Positions 15,310 through 30,403 of a DNA stretch of 64,000 bases are shown piece by piece (the first letter of the stretch is position 1; every line of letters starts with the position of its first letter). This DNA is from Octopus vulgaris (taxonomy: Eukaryota). The DNA lies in NCBI GenBank assembly GCA_951406725.2, contig OX597835.1, forward strand, positions 26,970,001 to 27,034,000, written 5' to 3'. The notes under the pieces were generated by a model. It had not been told where the DNA came from. It was given only the letters and a program-made list of their open reading frames with translations, and made no database searches. The translations under genes were made by a program, and so were the position numbers.

Positions 15310-16599
15310 GTATGTATGCATGTATGTATGTATGTATGTATGTATGTATGTATGTATGTATGTATGTATGTATGTATGTATGTATGTATGTATGTATGTA
15401 TGTATGTATGTATGTATGTATGTATGTATGTATGTATGTATGTATGAATGTATGTATGTATGTATGCATGTGTGTATGAATGTATGTATGTATGTATGTA
15501 TGTATGTATGTATGAATGTATGTATGTATGTATGTATGTATGTATGTATGAATGTATGTATGTATGCATGTGTGTATGAATGTACGTATGTATGTATGAA
15601 TATACTATGTATATATGTATAAATTTATATACGTATGCGTGTATGTATGTATGTATATATGTGTGTATGTATGCATGCGTGTATGCATGTATACATGTAT
15701 GTATGAATGTATGCATGTATAAATGTATGTATGTATGCATGTATGTATGCATGTATGTATGTATGTATATATGTATGTATGCATGCGTGTATGTATGTAT
15801 ACACGTATGTATGAATGTATGTAATTGTGTATGTATGAATGTGTGTATGTATGCATGCTTCTATATATGTACGTTTGTATTATGTAACCATGTATGCATG
15901 TATGTCTGTTTCTATGTATGTGTGCGTATGTATATGTATATACATACATATGTATAAATGTCTGTGCGTGTGTGCTTTATATTTTAAACATACATTCATA
16001 CACACACATACAAACATACATACATATACATTCATATATATTTTCGCACGCGCACACACAAACACACGCAAACACACACACAGACATACACACACAGACA
16101 CACACACACACACACACACACTGAGTCAGACCTTCAAAGCTACGTGAAGGAAATTTGAAATTTTTCTTCTCTCCACACAAAATTCCTAGCGGTGTTGACT
16201 TTGCCTTGCATCCTTTCAGGATCGATAAATAAATACCAATTGAGTACTAAGCTTCATATGATCGATTATTACCCTCCCCTCAAAAAAATGCTGGCCCTGT
16301 GCCGAAATTAGCTTGATTTATTATTCTATTCATTATCTACCTAATTGTTGCTTTGTTTTTTTGTATGTGAGCTGCTCTAAGTTTCACCCAGACAACTCCA
16401 TTAACAGGAAGTTGGACAGGAAGTTTCACGCGCACGCGCACGCACACACACACATACATACGCATACACATACAAAGTGTTATTTATGATTAGCTGTTAT
16501 ATATTTTAAGGAAAGGAGATCAGAAACTAAGAACTAAGCTTCTGTGAAATTCGTAATATTTAACTGTAGAAAATCTTTGAGGGAGTCAGGTATTTTCAG

Positions 16600-16783
<184 letters not shown>

Positions 16784-16791
16784 TGATTATT

Positions 16792-16822
<31 letters not shown>

Positions 16823-16833
16823 TTATTATTATT

Positions 16834-16958
16834 CAGTAGTTTTATTTTTATAGCGTGCTTTCACTTCCCTACCGAGCGCAGCTCTGTGTGCCTTGGGTAT
16901 GTGCTGTGATTTGTTGTGATGCTCTGATGGTTATTGTATGGAAAGTGTTCTGCGTAGG

Positions 16959-16960
<2 letters not shown>
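16834..16960 (-). mobile_element. R4/Dong-like RLE element extreme 3' end
   Basis: Reverse strand ILRRTLSIQ* + ~95-nt UTR, flanked by (AAT)n on both sides. Confidence 0.65.
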
Positions 16961-17024
<64 letters not shown>

Positions 17025-17052
17025 GTTATTGTTATTGTTATTGTTGTTGTTG

Positions 17053-17144
<92 letters not shown>

Positions 17145-17881
17145 GCCTTTGCACCGCTTCTAACGCTGGAGATGTACTACAGTGGCAGCTGTTCACTACC
17201 AGTGAACTAAGGTGGCCTTTATTTTTCGAGCACCTTCCAGAGTATTCGAGCGGTTCCAAGCAGTGCTGTTTTCTGCAAGTGCTCTACCCTTATTGCTGCC
17301 CCTATTTGTTCCACGTACTTCTCGAGACTTTTGCTCACTGTTCCCAGGGCTCCGACAAATATTGGTACTACTGCTACCTTTTTCATCGATCACAAATTCT
17401 TAACTTCTCAATCTAACCTGTCATATCTCTCGACTTTTCTTCCTTCCTTATCGCATACCTTGTTATCAGCTGGGCATGCTATGTCTATGATCCAGCATAG
17501 TTTGTTTTCTTTCTCAATTAAGACTATATCCGGCTTCTTATTCTCAATCTCATGGTCGCACTGAATCATAAAGTTCCATAGGATCTTTGCATCTTTATTT
17601 TCAACAATGCCTTCAAGTTTGTGGTCGTACCAATTTTTTGCAAAGTTTCCAATGGACAAGCCTGGATATATTGTCGTGGCGTATATTATATTCCTTCTGG
17701 GCTAGTGGCGTACATTGGCTGGTAATATGCCACAGGGTTTCACCGTTTTGTCCACAGATTCTGCACTTATCACTTTCTGGTATGTTGTCTATTCTGATTT
17801 TATGTAGTTTGTTCTTAGTGCTTGCTCTTGGGCAGCACAGATTACAGCCTCCGTTTCCGATTTCAAATCACTTTTAGCCAT
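17145..17881 (-). mobile_element. R4/Dong-like non-LTR retrotransposon 3' fragment (CCHC + restriction-like endonuclease), decayed
   Basis: KCRICGQNGETLWHITSQC zinc knuckle, RHD, KILWNFMIQCDHEIENKKPDIVL..IIDIACPAD (PD..D RLE motif); frameshifts; bounded by (AAT)n. Confidence 0.9.
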
Positions 17882-17904
17882 TATTATTATTATTGTTGTT
17901 GTTA

Positions 17905-17971
<67 letters not shown>

Positions 17972-17998
17972 TATTGTTACCATTATCATCATCATCAC

Positions 17999-18056
<58 letters not shown>

Positions 18057-18701
18057 GAGTGAGAGAGCGGTTCATGCCATCAAAGTGACACTGGGGTAAA
18101 ATATACGAAGCCCAATATACCCATCATGACTACCCGTCTGATAAGGGTACACCAGGCACATGCATCACAACCATATGTGCGTGACATGGTGATCTCATAT
18201 CAAAATAAACAGCACATGACCTTGCAGGTGGGGCCCAGTTAGAATTTTCTTCAGGTTGAGTAGCCCATCCCGCTCAAAAGGTCCCTGAATAAGGGTTGTT
18301 TAAGGGTGTTGAAAGAACCACCCATGTTTCCAGAGGTGAATTATTCAAACCCCAAAGAATCCCTCTCAACACATGGCTATGATGCTCCCCCACTACTTCT
18401 GCTCGTGATCAGAGATGCACATATCGTCAGCCACTAAGGGACATGCTCAACTGGTTACGGTCAAGCAAATCTGTGGTATTGAGCAGAATATTTGATGTAG
18501 CCCATTATTATTATTGAGTGAGAGAGCAGTGCATGCCATCAAAGTGACACTGGGCTAAAATACACGAAGTCCAGTATACCCAACATGACCACCCGTCTGA
18601 TAAGGGTACACCAGGCACATGCATGTACAAGCATATGTGCACGACATGATGATCTAATATCAAGATAAACAGTACGTGACCTTGTAGGTGGGGACCCAAT
18701 T

Positions 18702-18702
<1 letters not shown>
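18057..18702 (-). mobile_element. Two tandem 5'-truncated copies of the ~560-bp element (18057-18504, 18516-18702)
   Basis: Reverse complement of 22917-23473; both share the 3' end ..CTCTCTCACTC(AAT)n. Confidence 0.88.
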
Positions 18703-18740
<38 letters not shown>

Positions 18741-18747
18741 ATTTAGG

Positions 18748-18935
<188 letters not shown>

Positions 18936-19010
18936 AGAGAGAAAGGGAGTGGGATACAGAAGGAGAGAGAGAAATAGTAAGAGACAGGCATAGAGAGATA
19001 GATAGATATG

Positions 19011-19164
19011 TGATGGGCTTCTTTCAATTTCCCTTTATCAAATCCATTTACAAGGTTTTGGTCGAACCGAGGCTATAAACGACAGCACTTCCCGTAGGTC
19101 ATACGTAGTGGGACTGAACCTGGAATGATGTGATTGGGAAGGAAACGTCTTAACCACACAGCCA
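19011..19164 (-). mobile_element. SINE family A 5' half, degenerate
   Basis: GTGGGACTGAACCTGGAA..TAACCACACAGCCA. Confidence 0.75.
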
Positions 19165-20473
19165 GGTATTTATGAAAATTCCGTATTGTTTTAGAAACAA
19201 TTACTTTGTAATGAAATGATCCGCAGCCTCTCTTGTGTGAAGTGTGTACTTTTCGTTGCTCTTTTACGTCACGTGTGACCTAGCATTTGAAAGCTATGGG
19301 CCGAGAGCCAGCAACGGTGTGAAGAAACTCGAGGCCTCGATGCCTCAACAGATTTTCACATTCCTCTGCTACATCCGAAACTTCACCACCACCACCACCA
19401 CCACCACCACCGCCGCCATCACTTACTACAAATACCCCTTTCCTTATAGTTCCATCTTCATTCCAAGCACCATCTTCATCATCGTCATCATCATCATCAT
19501 CATCATCATTATCATCATCATCATCATCAACTTCCTCATCATTTTCATTTCTTCTTCTTCCCCCTCCTCCTCCTCCTCCTCCTCCCTCCTGTCCCTTCCC
19601 CTTTCTTCTCTCCCACCATTTCCTCCACTTCCTCCACCTCATTTTACTTTCTCCCCTTCGCCATCTTTCTCTTCCTTTCACTCCTCTACTTCCGCTTCAT
19701 CTTCCTCCCCTTCAATATAAGCATTTTTTCTATTTACCGTCCTCCTTTTTCTCCTTTTCGTTTTCTATTTTTCTTCTTTTTCTTCTCTTTTTCACTTCCT
19801 TTTTCTTTTTTCTCTATTACACTTTCTTCTTCTTCTTCTTCTTCTTCTTCTTCTTCTTCTTCTTCTTCTTCTTCCACTTTTCGTCGTTACAATAAAAAAC
19901 CATTCATCTTCATCTTTGTTTCAACGTTATAAACGTCACCACCACCACCACCACCACCACCACAACCAACACCACCACTACCACCACTACCAACGCCACC
20001 ACAACAACCACCACCACCAACAACAACAACAACACGAGCACTAACACCACCACCACAACAACAACACCACCAACAACAACAACAACACAAGCACTAACAC
20101 CACCACCACAACAACAACACCACAGCCACCATCACCACCACCACCACAACCACCACAACCACCAACAACACCACCGCTACCAATACCATCACTGTTATCA
20201 TCACCACCACCACAGCCATCATCATCATCACCATCATCGTCTCTTCCTCCCTCCCATACATCGGCCCCTTCACCCAACCAATATCTTCACAAACCTGCAC
20301 CACTGACCCCATACACCACCCTTTTCCCCACCACACCCCAACCATCCTCGTCTCTTGGACCTCGCTGTTCTTGTCCGCAACAATTTTTTTTTCCTCTCTT
20401 GACACAGAATCCATTTTATTTCTTAATTGACTTGGCTGTTAGTTTTGGCAAACATCTAACGCACGCGCACGCA

Positions 20474-20524
<51 letters not shown>

Positions 20525-20666
20525 TCAAATACACGCGCGCTTTTCTTTTTCAGACAGTTTTCGCTATATCTCTCTATGTACACACACACACACACATGTC
20601 TATGTATATACGTAAGTATATATAACTACGTATACGCATATAATACCCACGTATTTACGTATATAC

Positions 20667-20698
<32 letters not shown>

Positions 20699-20829
20699 AT
20701 ATATGTGTTGTCTATAAACATATATGTATGTGTGGTCCATATATATATATGCACATATCAATCTATCTATGTACCTATGTATCTCTCTCTCTATATATAT
20801 ATATACAAATATATACATATATCTATCTA

Positions 20830-20963
<134 letters not shown>

Positions 20964-21395
20964 TATCTTGTCTCATTTTTACCTCAACCTCTCTCATTCA
21001 GAAAATGGCTAAAAAAAAAAGAAAAAAAGTACGATTTCAAGCCTTTTTATTGTTTGTCTTTTTTTTTGTTTTTTATTTCGGTTTTGTTGTAAATTTCCTT
21101 TTATTCATTTCTCTCTCTCTCTCTCTTTTTTTTTTTTTTTTGCTTTGGTGGATGGACAGAGAGAGACCAGCATTTATCACCAATGCCTCATCTCGCCCCG
21201 CCTCACCTCACTACAACAACACCTCTTAAAATCGCCACCACTACTACCCACCTGCACGAACACTACTACTACTAATGCCACTACCACTCCTGCTGCTACT
21301 GCTACTACTGCTAATACTACTGTTCCGGTTGACGATGATGACGATGATGATGATGATGATGGTGATCATGACGAAGACGATGATGATGACGACGA

Positions 21396-21429
<34 letters not shown>

Positions 21430-21647
21430 GGTGGTGGTGGTGGTGGTGGTGGTGGTGGTGGTGGTGGTGGTGATGATGATGTCGATGATGACGATGATGA
21501 TGATGATCGTAAACTATACAACGACCACAAATTATGCCACCAGGACTGACATCGCAACCACTATAACCAACATCATCAACAACAATGTTACTACCACTCA
21601 CACCACCACCACTACTACTACTAGCACCACTACCACTACTACAACCG

Positions 21648-21678
<31 letters not shown>

Positions 21679-21769
21679 ACTACTACTACTACTACTACCA
21701 CTACTACCACCACTGCAACCACTACTACCACTACTACTACAACTAGAACTACTTTTACTACTGCTGCTG

Positions 21770-21800
<31 letters not shown>

Positions 21801-21856
21801 GACTACTCCCAATAATAATAATTTTTTGCTACAAGGGGAGCTTAGGGACAATAGCA

Positions 21857-21892
<36 letters not shown>

Positions 21893-21959
21893 TCTGCCAT
21901 CGAAGACGGCGTTTGAGTGCTCAGCTTTTTGTTGAACGGCCTGCACAAATGATTGGTTT

Positions 21960-22161
21960 GTAGTGATCGAACGGAAGTTCTGTACATTCGCTCGTTCTCT
22001 CCATCAAATCGATGTTGCCTGAAGAGGTGTCGAAAAGGATCCCAGAGCAACGTGAGATGAAGTGACTTGCTCAAGAGCACAATGCACCACACGGTCTAGG
22101 AATTGAAACCACGATCTCACGTTCGTGAGTGCCACTCTCCGACTACTAGACCATGCATCCT
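21960..22161 (-). mobile_element. Old tRNA-derived CORE-like SINE
   Basis: Reverse: TGGTCTAGTAG..GGTTTCAATTCC..TTGAGCAAGTCACTT. Confidence 0.65.
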
Positions 22162-22186
22162 CACAACAGCAGCAACAGCAACAGTA

Positions 22187-22350
22187 GAGGCGCAATGGCC
22201 CAGTGGTTAGGGCAGCGGACTCGCGGTCGTAAGAACGCGGTTTCGATTCCCAGTGTTTATTGAGCAAAAACACCTAAGCTCCACGAGGTTCCGGCGGGGT
22301 TGGGTGAACCCCGCTGTACACTTTCACCACAACTTTCTCTCAAAGCAGAA
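22187..22350 (+). mobile_element. SINE family C 5' part
   Basis: GAGGCGCAATGGCCCAGTGGTTAGGGCAGCGGACTCGC..GGTTTCGATTCCC. Confidence 0.8.
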
Positions 22351-22819
22351 GAACCATGGTGTGACTACCAAGTGTCCACAAAACATTGCTGACGAGGCAG
22401 GACGCTACAATGACATTTTTGTAAAACGAACAACATTAATAAATAATAATAGGAAGTCGTGTGAGGGGTGGTCGCGGAGACCACATAAACCTCACGGTCA
22501 AACTGACCATTGAGCAAAATACCTTCCTTCTGTTGTTTTTATTTGATCTACAGGGCCAACCATTCGACTCATTCACTTCTCGACGAATTTGCTGGAATGA
22601 CAAACATGCAAACATACACACACACATATTATATGAATATATAATCGCGCACGTCTGTGTGTGTGTGTGTACATGTATATATGTATATGTATGTATTATG
22701 TTCGTGTGTGTATCCAAGTATATGGTCGATGAGGATTTGGTCAAGGAGAAAAGTGTCCGTCTTCAGACATCTTAATGTGGTCCACTACACAGCCTCTTTC
22801 GCAACAGCCACCAATAATA

Positions 22820-22894
<75 letters not shown>

Positions 22895-22916
22895 CAACAA
22901 CAATAATAATAATAAT

Positions 22917-23473
22917 GCCCTGATGCAGTACCAGGCAGTGGTTCTCGTGGCTGCTGATCTTAACGATTGGAAGTGTTATCATGTACATTGTTTGGTCTTG
23001 GTATAAAAGATGGGCTACAGCAAATATTCTACTCAATACCACAGATTTGCTTGTCAGTTGTTTGGCCTTAACCAGTTGAGCATGTCCCTTAGTAGCTGAC
23101 GATATGTGCATCTCTAATCATGAGCAGAAGTATTGGGGGAGCATCATAGCCGTGTGTTGAGAGGGATTCTTTGGGCTTGAATAATTCCCCTCTGGAGACA
23201 TGGGTGTTTCGTTCAACATCCTTAAACAACCCTTATTCAGGGACCTTTTGCTTGGGATGGTTTACTCGACCAAAAGAAAATTCTAACTGCCCCCCCCCCC
23301 CCTGCAAGGTCATGCACTGTTAATTCTTGATATGAGATCACCATGTCGCGCACATATGGTTGTGATGCATGTGCCTAGTGTACCCTTATCAGACGGGTAG
23401 CCATGATGGGAATACTGGGCTTCGTACATTTTACCCCAATATCATTTTGATGGCATGCACTGCTCTCTCGCTC
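22917..23473 (+). mobile_element. (AAT)n-associated ~560-bp non-coding element, apparently complete
   Basis: Flanked by (AAT)n on both sides; five copies/fragments in window; no tRNA head and no meaningful ORF seen. Confidence 0.88.
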
Positions 23474-23526
<53 letters not shown>

Positions 23527-23755
23527 GTTGTACCAATAATTGTCGGAACCGTGGGAACAGTGAGCAAAAACTCGAGAAGTACGTGGAACAAATAGGGGCT
23601 GAAATAAGGGTGGAGCACTTGCAGAAAACAGTACTGCTTGGAACCGCTCGAATACTCTGGAAGGTGCTCGAAAAATAAGAGGTTTTACCTTAGTTCACTG
23701 GTAGTGAACAGCTGACACTGTAGTATATCTCCAGCGTTAGAAGCTGTGCAAAGGC
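23527..23755 (+). mobile_element. R4/Dong-like RLE element 3' end, same family as 17145-17881
   Basis: VVPIIVGTVGTVSK..LQKTVLLGTARILWKVLEK* and same 3' UTR ending GCAAAGGC(AAT). Confidence 0.85.
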
Positions 23756-23764
23756 AATGATAAT

Positions 23765-23950
23765 AAATAAAAGCTGACTGTCCTTCCCAGGCAAAGGAAG
23801 ACTGCAGGGTGATCTGTTCAATGGTTTCATTTGAAAACTGGATCCGTCCTACACATGGCATCAGTTGTTCGACATAACACCGCAAGACAGCAATGCCCAG
23901 GCACTGGACGAATGTATGCAGAACAGTTTCGTCACTCAGCGCTATTCGTT
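23765..23950 (-). mobile_element. Decayed Tx1/L1-like LINE fragment
   Basis: SDETVLHTFVQC..YVEQLMPCVGRIQFSNETIEQIT..SFAWEGQSAFI aligns with 63573-64000 protein. Confidence 0.75.
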
Positions 23951-24445
23951 AAGAAGGAGGGGGAGGTCAAAGAATGAGGTTAACTTCGCCTTCCATCATC
24001 CCATCATCCCATCATCCCATTATTATCATGTACAAATTTCGGTATAAGCGATTGCTCTTCCGCTACCCCCACCACCAGCAAACTAATGGCTTTCGCACCG
24101 ATATAAAACACGGATACTTTTCTGCTATTCCGAAACAACGGGGGAGATTCTATGCAATTCCTTGACCTGCTAAAAATAGCTGCCAATTTCTCATATAAAT
24201 CACGTCTTTCTAGAAAAGTTCTCACAGAACGCTTTAGAGAGAGCTGTCTGAGATAGACTGCCCTGAACCTACCCCCCACTCCAAAAAAAACCCTTCCAAT
24301 GCGAGAGATTGTATATATTTTCTTGAACTGCTAGAAATGTCAGTCAATTTCTAATATAAATCATGCCCTTGTGGAAAGGTGTCGCACAAAAAGAACACTT
24401 TAGACAAAGTAGTCTGAGATAAATTACACCTTCTTTTTTCTTCCT

Positions 24446-24830
24446 TTCTTTTACTTGTTTCAGTCATTTGACTGCGGCTATGCTGGAGCACCGCCTTTAG
24501 TGACCCCAGAACTTATTCTTTCGAAGCCTAGTACTTATTATATCGGTCTCTTTTGCCGAACCGCTAATGTTACGGGGACGTTAACACACCACCATCGGTT
24601 GTCAAGCGTTGTTGGGAGGACAAACACAAACACACAAACATATACACACATATATATATATACATATATACGACGGACTTCTTTTCAGTTTCCGTCTACC
24701 AAATCCACTCACAAGGCTTTGGTCGGCCCGAGGCTATAGTAGAAGACACTTATCCAATGTGTCACGCAGTGGAAATGAACCCGGAACCATGTGGTTAGTA
24801 AGCAAGGTACTTACCACACAGCAACTCCTA
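24446..24830 (-). mobile_element. SINE family A, near full length
   Basis: Colinear with 45159-45566. Confidence 0.9.
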
Positions 24831-25667
24831 CGAAAAAAAAAAGCAAAGAAAGAAGGAACCAACGTGAGATTCTATGAAGTTTTTGACCTGCTAAAAATAG
24901 AAGCCGATTCCTTATATAAATCACGCCTTTGTAGAAAAGTGTCTCACAGAAAGAACATTTTAGACAAAATAGTCTTAGATAAACTACACCTGAAAAAAAA
25001 ATACAAGAAATTACGATTGGAACGTCTTTGATCATAAGTACTGCTGGTTCAGAACCTGACCTAATGGCTAAAACAACTACAAAACCAAATAATAACCACA
25101 GCAATAAATAACATTCTATAGATCTGTAGAACTTTGAAAAATCCTAATTTTAATGGTTTAAAAATATCGTTTAGAATTTTCACTTGCTTTGATAAACAAG
25201 GGGTGGGAAAAACCAGTTTAGCAAAGGATTTAAAGAAATATTAGACTTCTGGAGAGGTTTCTAAAATTTATTATAATGTATGGTATGGTGGTGGTGGTGG
25301 TGGTGGTGGTGTCGGTGGTGATTGTGGTGGTGGAGATGGTGGTGGTGGTGGTGGTGGTGGTGGTGGTGGTGGTGGTGGTGGTGGTGGTGGTGGTGGTGGT
25401 GGTGGTGTCGGTGGTGATGGTGACGGGGGAAATTTAATTATTGGGAAAAATAACCATTCCATTTGAAAATGTTTATTTCATAAAATATAATGCAAAATAA
25501 TTTGTAGTGCTAAGAGGTTTCCATATTTAGCACACACGTCTGTGAGGATTTAGCGTTTAGATTTGTAATAAGTTTATTGATCAAATCGATTGAAGATGTA
25601 GGTGTATATATGCATACATTCATTTACATATGTTTATATTTTATTTATATATGAATAGTCATGTTTA

Positions 25668-25726
<59 letters not shown>

Positions 25727-25850
25727 GTGCATATACATGTATGTATATATTTATGATTGTGTGTATATATATATTTATATATATATATGAATATATATAT
25801 ATTTATATTCATATATATATGCATGCATGTATGTATGTATGTATATATAT

Positions 25851-25881
<31 letters not shown>

Positions 25882-26036
25882 CACATATATATACATGTGT
25901 GCATGTGTAGTTTGGTAGTAAAAGGAGATAGAGCAATAAGGTAAATGCATATATATATATATGTACATATATATATATATGTATATATATATATGTATAT
26001 ATATACATATATTCATATATACATACATACATACAC

Positions 26037-26120
<84 letters not shown>

Positions 26121-26145
26121 GTATATGTATGTATATATATATATG

Positions 26146-26460
<315 letters not shown>

Positions 26461-26542
26461 AAGGGAGATAGACGAATATTAAGTTAGGTAATGCATATAT
26501 ATATATGTGTGTGTGTACATACAAGTGTATATATGTATGTAA

Positions 26543-26586
<44 letters not shown>

Positions 26587-26901
26587 GTAAGCATATAAAT
26601 ATGTGTGTGCGCGCGTAGACATGTAGACATGCATGCAGTAAGCATGTGAGTGTGTATGTATGTATGTATGTATGTATGTATATATCGGGAAATATTTGGC
26701 TCATCAAAAAAAAATTAATGAGAACGTACTCTACTAAAACGTATCGATTGATCCTTTATTTCTATGTTAAATAATTGTGAATTTATATATATAAATTCAC
26801 ATAAGAACAAGCTTGAATACATACATATAAATACATACATATATACACATATACTTGCATACACACAAGAACAACCACATGATACATACATATATATATA
26901 T

Positions 26902-26950
<49 letters not shown>

Positions 26951-27311
26951 CACACACACAATCACACACACGGGCGCGCGCGCGTATATACTCATAAGAT
27001 ATGTGTATGTACGCATGTTTGTCGTTCCAGGTTCCACCGACAAAGCGCAACATCGTCAATTGTCTTCTGCGATGTATTACAGTTGAGCAATGCGTTATCA
27101 GCCCAGTGTAAGTTAACAGACAATAAGTGTACGGAAGCCTATTACGTGTGCGTGTGCGTGTGTGTGTGTGTGTGTATCATATATAAATAATGGTGCAGTT
27201 AACCGTCCCCATATTGCGGTTCACCTATCGGGGTTTATTATATAAGCTTACGTCGATTCCTCTGTGGTGTTGTTTTACATTATATAATAAATTTATATAT
27301 ATATATATATT

Positions 27312-29280
27312 TATTTAAGAAAGGAAAATGTGTAAAAACGCACAGGAGCTTTGTATAATAGAATTTATGCTCATATTTATATCATAATGAAACAAAAAGT
27401 TGTATTACATTATATAATAAAATAAACTGGGAGTACAAGTTTCGCGTCTTACGCTTATCCAACCTCCAAAGTCTCAATTTTAACTCATGGGGAAGCCATT
27501 TTGGTTGTTGACAATAAATTTTGCAATCAAGGGATGTAGCTCTTCAATTTATCTGAAAATTACTAGGTACTTTCAATTGAATGCATAAAATTTATCCTCC
27601 AGAATAATTACTTCATATTTGATATCACCGTCTACCGCCAAAAATCTGGAATCGCGATGGGTACGAAAGCAGCGCCTACCATTGCCAATATTATAATGGG
27701 TTTCTTAGAAAAAAAAACGATGTATCAGGAATCACTGATTTGGAGACCCTCTCGCCCAATACATAAAGGAAAATTGTAAGAGATTTTTAGACGACTGTTT
27801 CATACTATGGAATAAAGACATAAACAAACACCTTGAATTCAAAATACTCCTAAACATCATCAACACAAACATTCAATTTACAATAGAATACAATCGGGAG
27901 GACTACCATTCCTGGACAGACGGAATAAAAAACAAACAGCACCAAAATAAAAACATACATCTTTTATAAAACGACAGATGCTAAGCAATACCTTCATTTT
28001 ACCTCTTGGCCTCCGAGACATACGAAAAGATACATTCCCTTTAATCTGCACCATCGTTTCGGAATTCAAAAACATACTCCGAGAAGGGACTACCTAATCC
28101 AACTTATAAACGAAGGGATAAAACGTGCGAAATTCATCAATACTGAGGCACTAAGGAAAATGAAAGACAAAAACAAGCCTACTCTTAAAACATTATTCTA
28201 CATATCAACAGACAACCCTAGAAACCAACAAGCATTCTACACAATAGGCGAAACCTACCAATACAACATTAGGACCCTAAACTGAAAATAATTCTACGTT
28301 ACCTTAAAATAGTCAAAAAGCAACAAACAGCCCAAGTCTCTGAAGAAAATTCCAACAAATGCAAAATTACTCCCAACTACAACTCAAACGTGAAAAAATA
28401 TAATCGCTCAAACTGTGGAACATGACCCAACCTTTTCGAAGGGACGGAATACCATTTCAAGCAAGGGCAACACTTTACAATCAAGTCAGATTTCACTTGT
28501 ACGTCCGAAAATCTAATTTATGCGATCAGATGCTCGAGCTGCCAAAAGAGATTATGTCGGAAGTACAGGAAATTCTATCCACCGCCGCTATACAGTGCAC
28601 CGGCAACAAATAGCTTCACCACAATATCGCCAGATAGACCTCAGCAAACATATTGACGTATGTGCTAAATAATTGCAACCACAGTTCTATATATTCCCTC
28701 TGTACAAATTTCCTGACTGGATCTCAACACAAGTTCGTCTTAATAAAGAAGCCTCATTCATCCAGAAATATAAACCAGAACTGAACATTAATTCGTTTTA
28801 GTAACAACCAGCCCCCACCACCACCACCACCACCACCACTAGAATACAACAACAATCAATTCATCTCTCCATCCGTGAAATATCTGTAAATAACCTCCTA
28901 AAGCTTGTATATATATATTTCACATATCTGAATACATTACGAATATCAGTCCAAAGACCCTAACAATACTTTGAAAGTATCTTGTAATTATCAGATAAAT
29001 CGAAGGGTTAGATCCCATGACTGCGAACCTTATTGCTTACAACAAAAATTGTGTCCCCATGAGTTAAAACTGAGACTTTGGAAGTTTGATAAGCGTAAGA
29101 CGCAAAACCGGCACTCCCAGTTTATTTCATTATATAGTATTGTAATGCAACTCTTTGTTACATTATGATATGACTATTAGCATAAATTCTATTATACAAA
29201 CCTCCTCTTCGTTTTTACATATTTTTCTTTCTTAGATATCTACAACCACGTGTAAACAAGATCTGACAGATTTATGTTAT
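27312..29280 (+). mobile_element. Decayed 5'-truncated Penelope-like element (RT + GIY-YIG) with inverted terminal pLTR copies
   Basis: FILQNNYFIF, SGIAMGTKAAPTIANIIMGFLE, RFLDDCFILW (RT); SENLIYAIRCSSCQ..YVGSTG (GIY-YIG); ~265-bp inverted repeats 27312-27576 / 28971-29239; many frameshifts. Confidence 0.9.
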
Positions 29281-29369
29281 GTATATAAATATATATATGT
29301 ATATATAAAACACAGACATAAATACACACATATACATACTATAATGCAAACATATTTATTCTCATTACG

Positions 29370-29519
<150 letters not shown>

Positions 29520-29703
29520 CATACATATATACATATATATATATGTATGTATGTATTTATATATACATATACACACATACATACATATATACATACATGC
29601 ATACATGAACATATGTATGTATGCACGTGCATATAAATATATATATATTTGCATGCATATATATATACCTAGATATCTATCTGCCTATCTATCTAGCTAT
29701 CTG

Positions 29704-29770
<67 letters not shown>

Positions 29771-30345
29771 GTATTTGTACACACACGCTCACATATCCGG
29801 CTCCTCACACGCACTCACACTCAAACACTAATCTGTATTGTGCGTTGTGTGAGTACGTGTGTGTATAAGAGCTCGCATGTCTTGCCCCTTCGTATTTAGT
29901 TATATTCCTACTACACCAACTCCCCTACAGCCACAGAACGTTATTAGATACATGTTGCACACACACACACACACACTACAACCACCACCAACACAACCAC
30001 CATAACTACAATTCCGTCCTCGCCCCTGCCATATTCACCACCATCGCACGAACCACTAAGTGCAGTTCTTCACACGCCAATATGTGTTCAGGACATCTAA
30101 CCTGACAGTGTCATCAAACAAGTATAGCTGTACATTTAACCTGACAGAATTTTCATACACTGCAAACAGGATAACAATGGAAGAAATTTAACCTGATGTA
30201 CTTGGAACAACTGTCTCACACTTGATAATACGTGGTGCATCAGAGACACTGTAAATATTTCGGTTTTGAAATTACAGGCAAAACCAGTCACATGTGCTAG
30301 CGCATACATACACACATACGGGCACACAAACATGCAAACACAGAG

Positions 30346-30397
<52 letters not shown>

Positions 30398-30403
<6 letters not shown>

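Noticed and set aside
22917-22985. HDV-like ribozyme or C/D-box snoRNA at the 5' end of the ~560-bp element
   Set aside because: Could not build the P1-P3 pseudoknot by eye; TGATG lacks a full C box
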